Positions 11,984 to 25,701 of a stretch of 64,000 nt of DNA are shown piece after piece. Under the pieces are notes generated by a model. It did no database searches. It saw nothing but the letters and a program-made list of their open reading frames with translations, and had not been told where the DNA came from. Origin of the DNA: Amoebidium appalachense (Eukaryota > Protista > Ichthyosporea); assembly GCA_963693365.1 (NCBI GenBank), contig CAVNZM010000008.1, positions 6,706,830-6,770,829 on the forward strand, given 5' to 3'. The stretch's first letter is position 1. Every line of letters begins with the position of its first letter. A program made the translations under genes and the position numbers.

Positions 11984-14900
11984 TTCCCCCCACGAGGTTT
12001 AATTCGCAATGTGTTATGTGGTTTGACTGTGTTCCTCGTACTCGGTAACACATTCTCCCCTCCCCCCCTCCCCCCCCCCCCCCCTCCCCCCCCCCCCCCC
12101 CCCCCCCCTCTCGTTCTGCCCGAGCCTTGCTTCTGCTTTATGTTACAAAGTCCACTTTTGAAAATATCAAGCCGATTCTGGACTTAATAAATTAAAATTC
12201 AGGGTGTCAAGTTGCCGCCCCGTGTGCCCTATTCGATCCCCTTCCTCGGCAGTGCCATTGAATTCAACGAGCGGCCCATCGACTTCCTGCACGACTGCTA
12301 TAAGAAGGTGTGTGCGTGTGCGTGCATGCGTGCACATGTGCATGTGCAGGGTGGGGAGGGGAGGGCTACCTTTTCATTTGTGTGTGTTATGTGTTGGGGG
12401 GGGATGGGGGGGGGGGGGGGGGGGGGGGGGGGAGCATGGGTTGTGGTCCACTGCAAACGAACGGGAGCAAAGGTTGGGAGGGGAAGTGGGTTGTAGAGGT
12501 GCAGTGTGGTGCAAGGATGTCGTCGATGGGACTTGTTGTTATTGCGTTTTCGGGGGTGGATCTATTAGATGGGAGAGTGGGGATGGTGGAGTTTGTAAAG
12601 GGGCACCGGCGGGGGGAGGAGGGAGGAGGGGGGGGGGGGGGGGGGGCTACCCGGAGAAGATGATAGAAAAATGGTCCAATTTGTGGTATCTGGGGAGGGG
12701 AGGCGAGATAGGAGGATTTGCCGACACTGATGTCTTCTCGGCTTTTGATAGCCGGTGATGAAGTGAGGGAGGGGAGTGGGGGATGGGTAAGGGACATGCA
12801 CACGTATCCGCCTTAGTGTTGTAGTGGGATGAGTTTTTGCGTGTTCTTGTGTGTGCACGCATGTGTATATGTGTGTGTGCGTTCATGCACATGTGTTTTG
12901 TATTGGGATGAGCTTTTGCATGGTATTGTGTTCTTGGGCACGCCCGTGTATGTGTGTGTGTCGTGTTTGGAGGGGAGAGGGGCGGGTTAGAAGTGTGTGT
13001 GTGACAGGGGTTACGACATGCTGATAGGGTGTGGTTTGTGTGCAGTATGGGCCGGTGTTCAGCATCCACATGATGGGTCGGGACTGCACGTATGTGATCG
13101 GCAACGAGGCATCTGCCCTGATGTTCAACTCCAAGAACGAGGACCTCAATGCGGAGGAGGTGCGCACGGCCATGCAGAGACACACAGAGAGAGAAAGAGA
13201 TAAGAGGGAGGGAGAGAGAAATACATACATGTACATTGCACACACACACACATGGGCATGTGCGCACTGACACACACATGATTGCATGCAGACGTGCGTC
13301 CACAAGTTTATGCATGTACCACACACGCGCGCGCGAGCCGGCACACACACACACACACAAACCCACACACACACACACACACACACAGTGAAACCGAGAG
13401 AGAGAGGGAGAAGGATAAATGCACACAGACACACAGGTACTCACCTGCAGCCATATCATCTATTATGCACGTAAGGTGCACACACTTAGACACTGCATCT
13501 GGACTTGCTACTAAATGTTTGCTGCATATATCCCCCCCCACCTCCACACACTCGTCGGCTACTCATGCCTTATCCCTGCTTTGACTGTGCCAGCACCCCG
13601 TGTCTCCCTCCCCCCCTGCCCCCTGCCCCCTGCCCCATTCCCCTTCCTCTAGAAAGAATTGTCGTGATACCTGCATAACTTAGGTGCTGTTCTTTTGTTC
13701 TATTTTTTTTTTTTCGTCCGCTCCACCTTCTATCACATATACCCCCTCATTTTGTGTGCTTTGCAAAACATTGTACCCTGTAACATTCTAACCACCCTCT
13801 TCCCTTCAGGTGTACGGCAACCTGACGATCCCGGTGTTCGGCAAGAACGTGGTGTACGATGTGGACGCAAAGACGTTTGGCGAGCAGAAGCGCATCATGA
13901 AGACCGGCCTGACCATCGAGCGCTTCAAGGTGTGTGTGTGTGTGTGTGTGTGTGTGAGGGGAAAGGAGGGGGGGGGGGGGGGGGGGGGGGGGAATGGTTG
14001 GTTTGTGTGTCACCATGTGTGTGTTTAGGTGTGGCATATGCACGTGTTGGTGCACGCAGTTAAGAGGTGTGTCTGAAAAGTGTTTTCTTTTCGTGTGTGT
14101 GTGTGCGTGTGTGTAGGTGAGGCATGGCAGGGACGAGGGGATGAGAGGGTGAGGTCGGGAGCCGCTTGTGATGGAGAGAATGGTGTGGTAAATGTTACCT
14201 CTTAATGAATGTATTGGATGTTTACATGAGCACGTGCACCGTCAGCCTAACAAGCGCGTGTGGATGTGGGCAGGCAAAATAGCCACACGCCTGCGCATAA
14301 GTACTCCTGCACACACACATCCACCACACATAAGCACAAATGCCTCCCTCCACCCCTCCACTCCCCCCCCCCCCCCCCCCCTTTTCAATCTTCCTTCTCC
14401 TAACCCGTCTCCCCCCCCCCCCCCCCCCCCCCTCACTCTCCTCCCCCCACCAACCACCACCACCACCACAATCCCACACGTATACACTCCCACCACTCTA
14501 AGACACAACTCCCCCCGCCTACTCTCTATCCACCACTGTCCCCTGGGCGGTAATGCTTTCCTGTTCTCCTCGGCAACCTGTATATGTTTTGCAGGCCAGC
14601 ATTTTTGGCTGTAAACATTCCAATTTTTTGCTTTTTGTTATGTTTTGTTTTGTTTTGTTTTGTTTTGCTTGGTGATATGCTCTCTTTTTATGAATTCCCC
14701 CACTAACCTCACTGTGCAGGAGTATGTGCCTATGATTGAAGAGGAGACCCACAACTACTTCAAGTATTTTATCCCTCCCCCCCCCCCCCCCCCCCCCCCC
14801 TCCCCCCCTCCCCCGCCGCGCGCTCCAAATGGTACACATACTCTTGAGTGTATGCCACACAATAGCTGGATTGTGTTGACAACTGTGAAAATGTTTTGTG

Positions 14901-15000
14901 CATTCTGTGAAGCATTCTACCGTTCACGCATGTTGAAGATAAGCAGTATCAGTGTGTTGAGTCGGCTTATGCGCATGAGGTCCCCCCCTCCAACCCCCCC

Positions 15001-15049
<49 letters not shown>

Positions 15050-15234
15050 AGCTGCTGTTGTTTTGTGCACACGATGTTTGGGTGTTATGCGCTCCTTTTT
15101 TTCGACCACCTTCCTTCTAAGCTTCCCTTGGGCATAAACCAGAAACTAGAGGCAACAATCAATATATTTGCATCCCGGGTGCAGGCTCTCTTGTGTGCAA
15201 GCAACAACCTGAAAAAGATTTTATACAGCAGCAG

Positions 15235-15291
<57 letters not shown>

Positions 15292-15491
15292 ACATATCTC
15301 TGTCCACATGTGGACCGCAGTTGGCCCCCATTCGCAGTTTTCCCCATTCAAACCCAACCCAACCCCCCCTTCCTCCCCTCGTTACCCTTCTCTCCCGTCC
15401 CCACTTCCAAGCTGCTTTAGGGGAAGAAGCCTTCCTTCTCGTGTATTATCCTTGCCCTCACGGATTTTGCTAGTGGTTTTTCAGCCCCCCT

Positions 15492-15523
<32 letters not shown>

Positions 15524-16101
15524 CTCCCCCCCCCCCCTCCCCCCCCCCCGCCCCCCACACACACACACACACAACCCGCCCCAGTTTTCTGAGGCTAACA
15601 GTGGGGTGGCAGGCGGCTGGGCAATGAGGGGGGAGGTGGATCTGTTCCACGCCTTTGCCGAGCTGGTCATCATGACGGCCTCACGCTGCCTGCTCGGTAC
15701 GTGTGTGTGTGTGTGTGTGTGTGTTTGGTGGTGTGGGTGACGGTGTCGGTGTCGGTGTTGGTGTGTGAGTGTGTGTGTGCGTCCGTGTGAGAGAAAGGGT
15801 GCATGTATGTGCTGTGTGCGTGTGCGTGTGTGTGGCGCCTAGGTCGGTTGTCTGCAAATGCGCAGTTGAGAACTCGTGCGGGCATGTACGTGTGTGTTAA
15901 CATGCTTGTGTTCGTGTGTGGTTTAATTATTAGGTACGGGATGAGAGAGGTTGAGGATTTGGCATCCCGTCCCCGGGTGTGTGTGTGTGTGGGAAGGGGG
16001 GGGGTCCGTTTGTTGATGCTGCTTGTGTTACAAAGCTGCTGTCTGTGTACACATTCCCCATCTCCTGTTTCCCCGGTGTCCTGGTCAAACTGTCCTACAT
16101 A

Positions 16102-16132
<31 letters not shown>

Positions 16133-16453
16133 CCAAAGGGCTATTGTATCGCTGAACTGCCATCGCAAAAATTTGCTTCATTTAGTGTAGCACATAATCT
16201 GGCCAACACCTCCTTCTCCCTGCCTTTCTGTACGTCCACTTTGATGGCGGTGGATGTAAAATTCATCGTGATTGATCGTATACACTTTTTTTATTTCGCT
16301 CTGCACTGAGCTTAAGATTCTTAAATCTATGACTGGTTTTGCTGATCAACCCCCCCTCCCCCCACTTCGTCCTTCCCCCTCCCCTCCCCTCCCCTCCCCT
16401 TCCCTCAAAAAAATTAAAGAAAAAGAAAATACAAGAAAAAGGGAAGAAAGTCG

Positions 16454-16488
<35 letters not shown>

Positions 16489-17000
16489 TTCCCCCAACAC
16501 ACGCACACACGTGCACGCACACACGCACACACACACAGGCGAGGAGATTCGTTCTATGCTCGATGAGAAGGTGGCTGGTCTGTATGCCGATATGGATGGT
16601 GGTTTTACCCCCGTACGTGCTCATCCCCCCCCCCCCCCCCCCCCCCCCTCCCCCTCCCCCCCCCCCCCCCCCTCCCCCCCCTCCCCCCCCCCCCCCCCCC
16701 CCCCCCCCCACTCTGTCCTCACCTACCTTCCGCCCCACCAGCCCCACCAGATGGGCATCGCTTGTGTATCAGCATTCTTGTGTACTCTCCTTTCTCCCGA
16801 AACCCTTAAAAATGCCGTACTTACATGATGTCATTCTTTCGTGCAAAGGCAGATCTTTGCGTAAAATGTATGTAGGAATACAATTATATGAGCGATGTGA
16901 CCCTTCCCCGACCGATCACTTTTTTATATTTGCATATACACCACGGAGGAATATTTCGTCATTTGGTGCAAGTATTCGACTGATTGAATGTATAGTGTAC

Positions 17001-17044
<44 letters not shown>

Positions 17045-17407
17045 TGTGTGTGGGTGCAATAGCTGAAGCTGTTGCCGAAGTGAGTGTGCACTTTGTGTTC
17101 TGTAACACAATCTAATCACCCCTCGGATACTGTGGATATCTTGCCCCCCCCCCCCACCCCCCACCCCCAACACGCACACGCACACGCACACGCACACAGG
17201 AGGCGTGGCTGCTGCCCAACTGGCTGCCGCTGCCGTCGTTCCGCAAGCGCGATGCGGCGCACCGCAAGATGATGGAGCTGTTTGTGCAGGTGGTGCAGGA
17301 GCGTAGGCGCACGGGGGACACGGACAAGAGTGACATGGTGGCCACCTTCATGAACACCCCCTACAGGAACGGCCAGCACCTCACGGACGAGCAGGTAAAT
17401 GCCCTCT

Positions 17408-17446
<39 letters not shown>

Positions 17447-19304
17447 GCTCTTCCTCCCTCCGCCACGCACCCATCCGCCCCTTCCCCCTTTTGGCCCATG
17501 TTTCTGATGTTGCTTGGGGCTCTTTGAATGGGTCGAAAATTGGGTATTGGGGTTGATTAGGCCCGTTCTGGGGATGGGTTCTTTTGTGGAGGATGGGAAA
17601 TCCCCTGATGATGATTGAGTGAGTCTACGTATGGTCTTCGGTCTAGACAACTTTTTTTTGGGCCCCGGGGGGGGGGGGGGGGGGGGGGGGCTTCATGCTT
17701 TGTGTGTTTTCTGGATTCTGTTCCGTGAGTGTCCCCCCCCCCCCCCCCCCCCACCCCCCTCCCCCTTTTTTTTTGTTGTTTGTTTGTCGTTTGGTTCCAC
17801 ATTTCCATACAACTAATGCACACACATCCTTCCCTCCTCCTCATCCCCCCACCCCCAATACCCACACACACACACACACACACACGCACACACAGGTCGG
17901 TGGACTGTGCATTGCGGCGCTGCTTGCCGGGCAGCACACGTCCTCCACCACGGGCAGCTGGATGGGTTTCTTCCTGGCCACAGACCAGAAGCTGCAGGAA
18001 GAGTGCAGGTGTGTGTGTCTGTGTCCTTGATTGTGTCTGTGTGATTGTGAGTGCACACTCACCCATCCTTGGATGTCTGTTTTTTTCCTTCTAAGGATGT
18101 TGCGGCGGTGGGAGGGGCGGTGGGTGGGTGGTGTGTATGTGTGTATGCGCCGGGGAGAGGGGGGGGGGGGGAGTTGGAGTCAATGGAGTCTCCGAGTTAC
18201 TGTAGTGTACGGCCTTCTCGGTCGGTACGGTGCACCTTTCGGCTGCTGTTTGCATGTGCACGTGTGTACATGTCAGTGTTGGTGTCTGATTGGCTGATTG
18301 CCTTCCATATTAGGGAGGAGGTGTTGGGTGTGATTGGCCAGGAGGGCCATGCGGACTACGACAACCTCAAGGACATGGACCTCCTAGACCGATGTGTCAA
18401 GGAGACCCTGCGCCTCAGACCCCCCATCATGACTATGATGCGCATGGTATGAGCCCCCCCCCCCCCAAAAAAAAAAAACCCCCAGCCCTGTGTTTTGACC
18501 GAGTTTGGTTTCGTAAAGAGAAAAGAGTGGTTTAGTCGAAGTGTATGGGCTCTGGCATTTTCAACTAGGAGAGTTTAAGGTGACGTAATTGATTGTTTGC
18601 CGACGTTGCGGTCAGAGGATCCAATTCATCAGATCGATCAAATGCCAGTCTGTGAGCCGGCTGAACTTTTCGTTTCGGGGCTCGTTTTTTTAACCTGTCA
18701 CATTTTTCCAAGCTGGATCCAGAGAGAATGAACCCACAAATATCCCTACTAATAAAATTGGGGGTTATGACATAATAAGGGATATTGATGGGTCAGCCCG
18801 CGGGGGGGCCTTTTCTACGCGCTTTATATGTGCTTTAAGTCAAGAAAAACGTGGGCACCTCAATCGAGGCCTATTCCCGTGGACAAGTGGATTCTAACTT
18901 GTTACCCCCCACTTCATAATTGTATTTTTATTTTCTCCCCCCATATGTGTGTTCATTTGCCCACAAACGACAAGGGGTTTATAGTGAAAGTTGAACTTCA
19001 ACTTCCCAAACTTCGGGCTTAATTGGTCGACTGGATCACTTATGGAATTTGGTCGATCTCGATCTAATGAGCACCCCCAATTTTTAGCGAAAATTCATCG
19101 TATAGGCCACCTTAATAAACTAGAAGAAGCATGAAAATATAATAAAAACGAGGGCCTGCACTGCAGGTTCATTGTGTTGTGAGAATGACTATCGTCGTCA
19201 TCTTTAGTGGCTTTGAACATGATGGACTTGCTGGCTTCTGTTGTTTAGGTGGCTTTTTTTTGGGGGGGGGGAGGGGTTGGCTGAGGGGGTACTCTATTTA
19301 GGTT

Positions 19305-19357
<53 letters not shown>

Positions 19358-19609
19358 AACGGCTGGGGATGGGCTCTGCTGGTGTGCATACCTTGTGTGC
19401 ATTGCTCTACACTTTTGCACTTTGAGTGTGCATTCACAATGTGTAACGAAACCTAACCCCAACCCCCCCCTTTCTCCCCTGTGCACAGGTCAAGACGCCA
19501 CAGCAGATTCTGGGCTACACCATCCCCCCCGGCAACTACTGCTGCGCCTCGCCAACAACAAACCACATCCTCGACGAGGTGTGTGTGTGTGTGTGTGTGT
19601 GTGTTTGGG

Positions 19610-19647
<38 letters not shown>

Positions 19648-20113
19648 GGTGATTTATGTGTGAGGCAGAGGTAGGCGGTGTGATACGACAAGTAGAGCTT
19701 TAGGCATTAGTGTTTGGTACACTATGCATGTGCACAGTGAGCGCAAGAAGAACAATCAGAGTTTCATGACTGTATTAATGGTTGCAAGAGATCACAAAGT
19801 GGTATGCAAAGGCCATCGTGCAAACCGTTTGAATATGATACCCGGACATTGAGATGTAGCTCCTAACTCATGCCCCCCTCCCTTCTGCAGGCATGGCAGA
19901 ATGCGCAGACCTTCAGCCCCGACCGCTTCAAGGGCACCACCACAGACGAAAAGTACATACCCCCCCCCCCCCCCCCCCCCCCTCTTTACCCCCAAAAACA
20001 CACCACCACAACCATCCACCAACCCGATTTTAACGGACATGAACCCAACACTCTACACATATTACGAACTTGCTGTTAAATAATCAAAATAATTCAATGC
20101 CGAGGCTGCTGCC

Positions 20114-20144
<31 letters not shown>

Positions 20145-20797
20145 ACACACACGCGTCTCCCGATCCCGATCCCCATACACTTGTGAACACAAATAACGCG
20201 CAGGCACACAGGCTCACGTGCACACACCGACGTACTGATACCTTTCTTCCCTGCAGTGCGGCTGAGTCTCAGATGCCGGGTAAGGGCAAGTTCTCCTACG
20301 TGCCATTTGGCGCAGGCCGCCACCGCTGCATCGGGGAGCTGTTTGCTTACATCCAGGTGGGTGCACATGCATATGCGCACATACATACATGCACGTGCAC
20401 ACATATTCACTCACACATGTACACGGACACACAAACTCGCACATGCACGCAAACAGAGAGAAGACACACACAGCACAGGCAACAGCATATTGTACGATTT
20501 GGCGGGTTCTGATAATGCAGGAATATTCTCATCCGTTCCGACTTGTGCAGTAGGTGGGTCATGACGTTTAGTCGTAATCGAGATTCGCTGGAGAAATGTG
20601 CAATGGAATTGAGAGGTGGTCACTGTAACATGCATCTAATTGGATTGATCTCTGTGCAGATCAAGACAATCTGGACCGTGATTCTGCGGGAGTTTGTGAT
20701 TGACCGCAAGGAGATGCCCGAGATTAACTACTCCACCATGATCCACACCCCCAAGGACAGCATCGTGCATTACCGCCGCCGCCAGATGGCGGCCTAA
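10284..20797 (+). CDS. CYP51: Sterol 14-alpha-demethylase (cytochrome P450 51), 15 coding exons, ~503 aa
   Basis: Exons 10284-10346, 11085-11162, 12203-12307, 13046-13159, 13810-13929, 14720-14763, 15613-15696, 16539-16612, 17200-17394, 17896-18008, 18314-18446, 19489-19578, 19891-19952, 20257-20356, 20660-20797; all introns GT-AG. Motifs: [45 protein letters not shown]-helix AGQHTS, KETLR, PDRF, heme [10 protein letters not shown]. One surplus G in the G6 run at 15628-15633. Confidence 0.97.
18579..19111. mobile_element. Kolobok-like MITE in CYP51 intron 11
   Basis: Flanked by TTAA (18575-18578, 19112-19115), with termini GGTG.../...CACC. An inverted subterminal motif, AGATCGATCAAATGCC / AGATCGACCAAATTCC, starts 52 bp from each end. 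Confidence 0.7.
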
Positions 20798-22304
20798 ATA
20801 CCTTGACTGCCTTCGAAATTTCAAACGTGACATTTGGACGCCTGAAGTGACGATTTTGGATAGGCTATGCCACACTTGGTGTGAAGTGGTCGTGTTGAAA
20901 GAAGCAGTGGTGGTGAGCAGCCCAAAAGGAGGATTTGGTGTTCGAATTCAGTTTCCATGCTGAAGTTTAATTGGTTCGATTATGGTTTTTGTTTTTCTCC
21001 TCTCCCCTAGGATATTGCGTTGTCTTCTTTGCACGTAGGGATATGTTCTGAAGGATACATAGTGCTTCTTGACTAGAGTGCACATCTTACAGGCACACTT
21101 TTTGTTGTTTCGCCGCCTCAGTATTTCTTCTTTACTTGAGCTTTTCTTGCTGAATGGCTTTAATTCCCTTGCTTGTTAGTGTAGTATGCCCCGAATCCAG
21201 ATCTTTCCATGGCACAACCCATATCGATATTTTTATCATTTTATCCCAATAGCAGCCCTCTGTAGTTGATTGGCCAACGATAGCGCACCTACCGGGTTTG
21301 ATTGGTTTTTCGCTGCAAATTAAGCAAATCCGGTCGTTGCTGTGCGGCGGCATTTGGTGTCGCTGATAATAAATCTTAATAATGTCAAACTGGTACGGTC
21401 AACGTGTTCAAGCTGAAGCTATGTTTACCAACCAAGCTCTAAAGTCACGGACAAGCTTTTAGAACCATCAATAAGATAGAAAATAGGGATTTGATACGGT
21501 TATACAAATACCATGCGCCGACACAGGCATACTATACTCCGAGAGTCCGACTGGTGAGTCGACATGTCACGTGCACACTTTCATCGTGCAAAGACCGTGC
21601 TTGCGCATGCGCATGTCGTCATTTGGACTCTGAAGATTTGCTTCGCTCCCATCAGAGCATGGGTGTACTGTTATCATCGAACAGTCGATCCAGCTCGCAA
21701 GAAAGAAAGCCTGCCTTATAGGTGAAGTAGAGCTTCTAAATGCGTCAATAGAAACACCTTTTTTTTTTTTTATGTCAATAGAAACACTTTTTTTTTTTTT
21801 TTCTTTTTTTTCTTTTTTTTTGCCCACTGTCTTTTACGGAAAGCTCTCATCCCTTCTTTCCGGTTGTAGACAAGTCCGCTCAGCTTGACTGATATGCATG
21901 ATGAGCCTAATTAGTAACAGCTGTACCGCAGGGATTGGCTAAATTGGAGATCGATCTGGCTCAACATTGGCGCCCTGGGGCTCGATCTGAGCGAAGCAAA
22001 GTGTACTGTATCCCACACTCTATCCCACACGATAAAACATCTCACTGGCTCCGTCTCAGGCTTCTGCTCATCTTGACGGAGCCTCACGCTCGTTTGATCA
22101 GTATTTCGTAGCACTGCTCTGAGAGTAGTGTTCATGCACGATTTGTCTACAATTTCAGTGTGTTTGCACTTCGACCTGTTAGTCTATTCCTCGCTTAAAC
22201 ACTACCCTAATGAAACACACGGGCTTCTAGCTAGTACCAAACTTTGAAATTAACTAGCTCCTCTGGTGTCACAGTGCCACCACCCACATTTTCCAGCCAG
22301 AAAA

Positions 22305-23013
22305 ATGGCAGCAAAAATGATGAAAACCGCGCTTGCATGCACACACCTCACTCTTGTGTGTGCCTCTGCCAGCCAGCAAACCACACAAACACAACCGCGC
22401 GCTGCCCAGGACACTTCAACCACACCTGCAACAGCAGCAACCGTTGTGGTTGAACGAAAGTTCGCTGGAAACAACTGTCCATTGTGGTCAAACATAAACA
22501 CGGACGTGAGTAGATTTGGCACTAGAACTTTCCTTTCTAATGTTTACAAACTAAACACGTGTGAGGTGGTGTATTATCCTGCTACGGTGGGCGGGTCTCT
22601 CGAGCCTATTGGGCGTATGCACACAGCAAACACGACACATTTGACTGTCAGTTATTTCCAAAACGGGAAGGGGTCGTGTCAGGTAGGGGCTGGTGTTAAC
22701 GTCAATACCACCACAACACCCCTGGACAAGTGCCTCTATGGTACCGGCGCATTGGTAAGTGATTTTAAGACATCCTTGTCCAACGGTCTTATTCATTTCC
22801 TTTTCGTTCCCCTTTTTGATTTACAAGAAAAACCGTTGAGGAAGAATAGCCCTTGTGGACCTAAACGAAATTACATGTAAATGTATTTCTATAGCAAGAC
22901 ATTCAGAAGTGAGAAACGTTTTGCCTGCTGCTGAAATGTTATTATTCCCATGTTTACGTTGCCATGAAAAATTTTGCAGATACTGGCACAACTGCTGATT
23001 GGTGTCATGCCTG

Positions 23014-23060
<47 letters not shown>

Positions 23061-23560
23061 ACCCACCCACCCACCCACCCCCCACCCATCTCCAGACAAC
23101 AGACACAAACCAAATGAGGAAAAATAAGGGGGGAAAATGAAAAACAAAAGGAGAAAAAGGCCGGGCGGGGAAGGAAGACAGAGAGACTTGAACGAAGATC
23201 TGGGAACACTGGGGAATTTGCCCTGTTGGCATGTCCGGCACCATTCTACTGATTGCATGACTATCTGGTTATTTTGCATCCCCTTCCTAGCTTATGCTAG
23301 TTACTTCTTCTTCTCCCCCCCCCCCCCCCCCCATTCCCCCCCTCGTCCTCCTCTTTTCCTCTTGTCCCCGTTCCCTATATTTTTCTTTTCGCACCTCTTG
23401 CTCTTCGTTCCATCATGTGGCACGCATGCATCAAAAGCCAACCCCCCCCCCCCCCCCAAAAAAAAAAAAAAAAAAAAAAAAATGGACACACACACGCACC
23501 AACCATCCATCTCCCTACGTCCTACCCATACCGCTGTGTCCTTCCCTCCGGGAGCCCCCC

Positions 23561-23615
<55 letters not shown>

Positions 23616-24009
23616 ACACACACTTCCCTCCCCCCTCCCCGCCCCTTTCTCCCCCTCCCCTCCCCCCCCCCCCCCCAATTTCCGTGCTTCTTCCCCCCCC
23701 AAAACACACACTAACTCACCACCACCCAGCTAATGGTACCAAAAGAGGGGAGGGGGATTGAGGGGAGGGAGGGGGAGGGGGGATCAGCTATGTGCCATGC
23801 ACTGTTTTCTGTTTTCTTTGCCCCCCCCCCCCCCTCTTGTTACCTCCACACTACCGCTGCCTCCTCTATTCCTGGCTCCGTCTCTTTATTTTCGTCGTGT
23901 ATAAAAGAAACCTACCCTACCATACCCCCTCCCTCCGCCCCTCCCCCCCCCCCCCAACCCGTGCAGCCTCTTCTACCCCGTTCCCTCCCTTTTTCTTGTA
24001 ATCCCTCCC

Positions 24010-24042
<33 letters not shown>

Positions 24043-25638
24043 GTCTCCGTTTCCACCATTACTCTCCCTCGCTTCATTTGGTAACAACCCCCTCCCCCCC
24101 CCTCCCCCCTTCCCTCCCCGCCCCCCGCTCCCCCTCCTCGGGCACACACACCATAATCATGCATGGGCCTCCCCCACTACCAACTGTTCGTCGCCCCCAA
24201 TCCTCCCCTCCCCTCCTACCCCCCCACCCTTTCCCCTTCCCTCCATCCCTCCCCTCCCTTCGCCCCCCCCCCCCCCCCCCCCCCCCCTCCCCCCCCCCCC
24301 CCCCCCCCCCCCCCGCCCCATTCCCACATGACACTTTCCCGGCGTTCCTGCTCATTATGATGTTACGCACAACTCGACCCACTAAGGAATCCCTCCCCCT
24401 CCCCGGTCTCCCCTCCCCTCTCTCGTTCCCTCAATCGGATGCATTTTGCTCATGATATATACTCGGTGTGGGTGCTCTGCAACTTTTTAACTGAATTGTC
24501 TGTCATTTATGGGTACTTTATACTCTACTAACACATTCTCCTCCCTCCCTCTCTTCTCTTCCCCTCCCCCTTCCCCCCTCCCCCCCCCCCCTCCTCCCCC
24601 CGCCCAAAAAATGACAAACAACCAAACAAAAAAAAAACAGGCAGGCGTGTACAGCTACATTCTGAAAGCAGAAAACTGGACGTATACGGACAAGTCAGCG
24701 ATGAAGGGTGAGCTCAGGCTCAACTCTGCAGACAACAACATCATCTACACACAGTGCCCAGACCTAGCGGATGCTACAAAGCGTTCACACACCACTACGT
24801 GGGTGTACCAACTGAACACGTGTATTAAGTTGGAGAGTGTGAAGGAAACATACAACGAAACGACACAGAAAACCGAAAAAACAGATGCAAATACACCGTC
24901 TCCCGCACAGCCCTGGGCCCAGAGCATGAACGTGTCGTCATATTTACCGGGTATACAGCAGTTTTCCGTTAAGCCGGCCTATGTTCTTACTCGATTTGCC
25001 ACAAACAAAACGGTGATTCTCACACATTTCCACGATGGGGCATGCACAAAGCGGGTGGCATTCAGCGCTGACCGGGTTGCTGAACTGGGTGTCTGCAACA
25101 ATGACGAAGGAAGGCTGTACACATATCCATATGCCGTCATCGATGGTATGTATATCTACCAATATATACCGTACCCATATTCGTGGATATTTGCATGTGT
25201 GTGCACTTGAGAGATGCAGGGGTGCTTAAGACACCTACAGTTTGGTGAGAAGGGCAGATGTGTGAGTCTCGGTTTTGGGTGTTGGCTTGGATGCTGATGT
25301 GTGAGGGTGTGAGCATGCATGGTTGTGGTGCGGAAGGGTTGTGCAGAATGGGTCACCCAATCCTATTTGCCGGCTTCAAAAGAATAGCAGCACCCTGGAG
25401 AAGTGGTACCGAAGAGGGGTGGGTGGGTGGGGGGGGTCGGCGGGATCGCAAGAAGATAAAAAAATGGATTCATACCATGCCTGCTCTTTGTAATGGCCAG
25501 CATGATGAAGACACGGACGTGCACACAGTAGGTGACATCCACATTTCAAAATGCATTTACACAGCTCAGAGGACTCCTCTCCTTCTTCCTCCCCCCCCCC
25601 CCCCCCCCCCCCCCCCCCGCCCCCTCCCCCCCCCCCCC

Positions 25639-25701
<63 letters not shown>

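Noticed and set aside
22980-23015. Possible extra exon in the GPI gene after TTTTGCAG
   Set aside because: No convincing donor, and the flanking exons already join in frame and complete the domain repeat.
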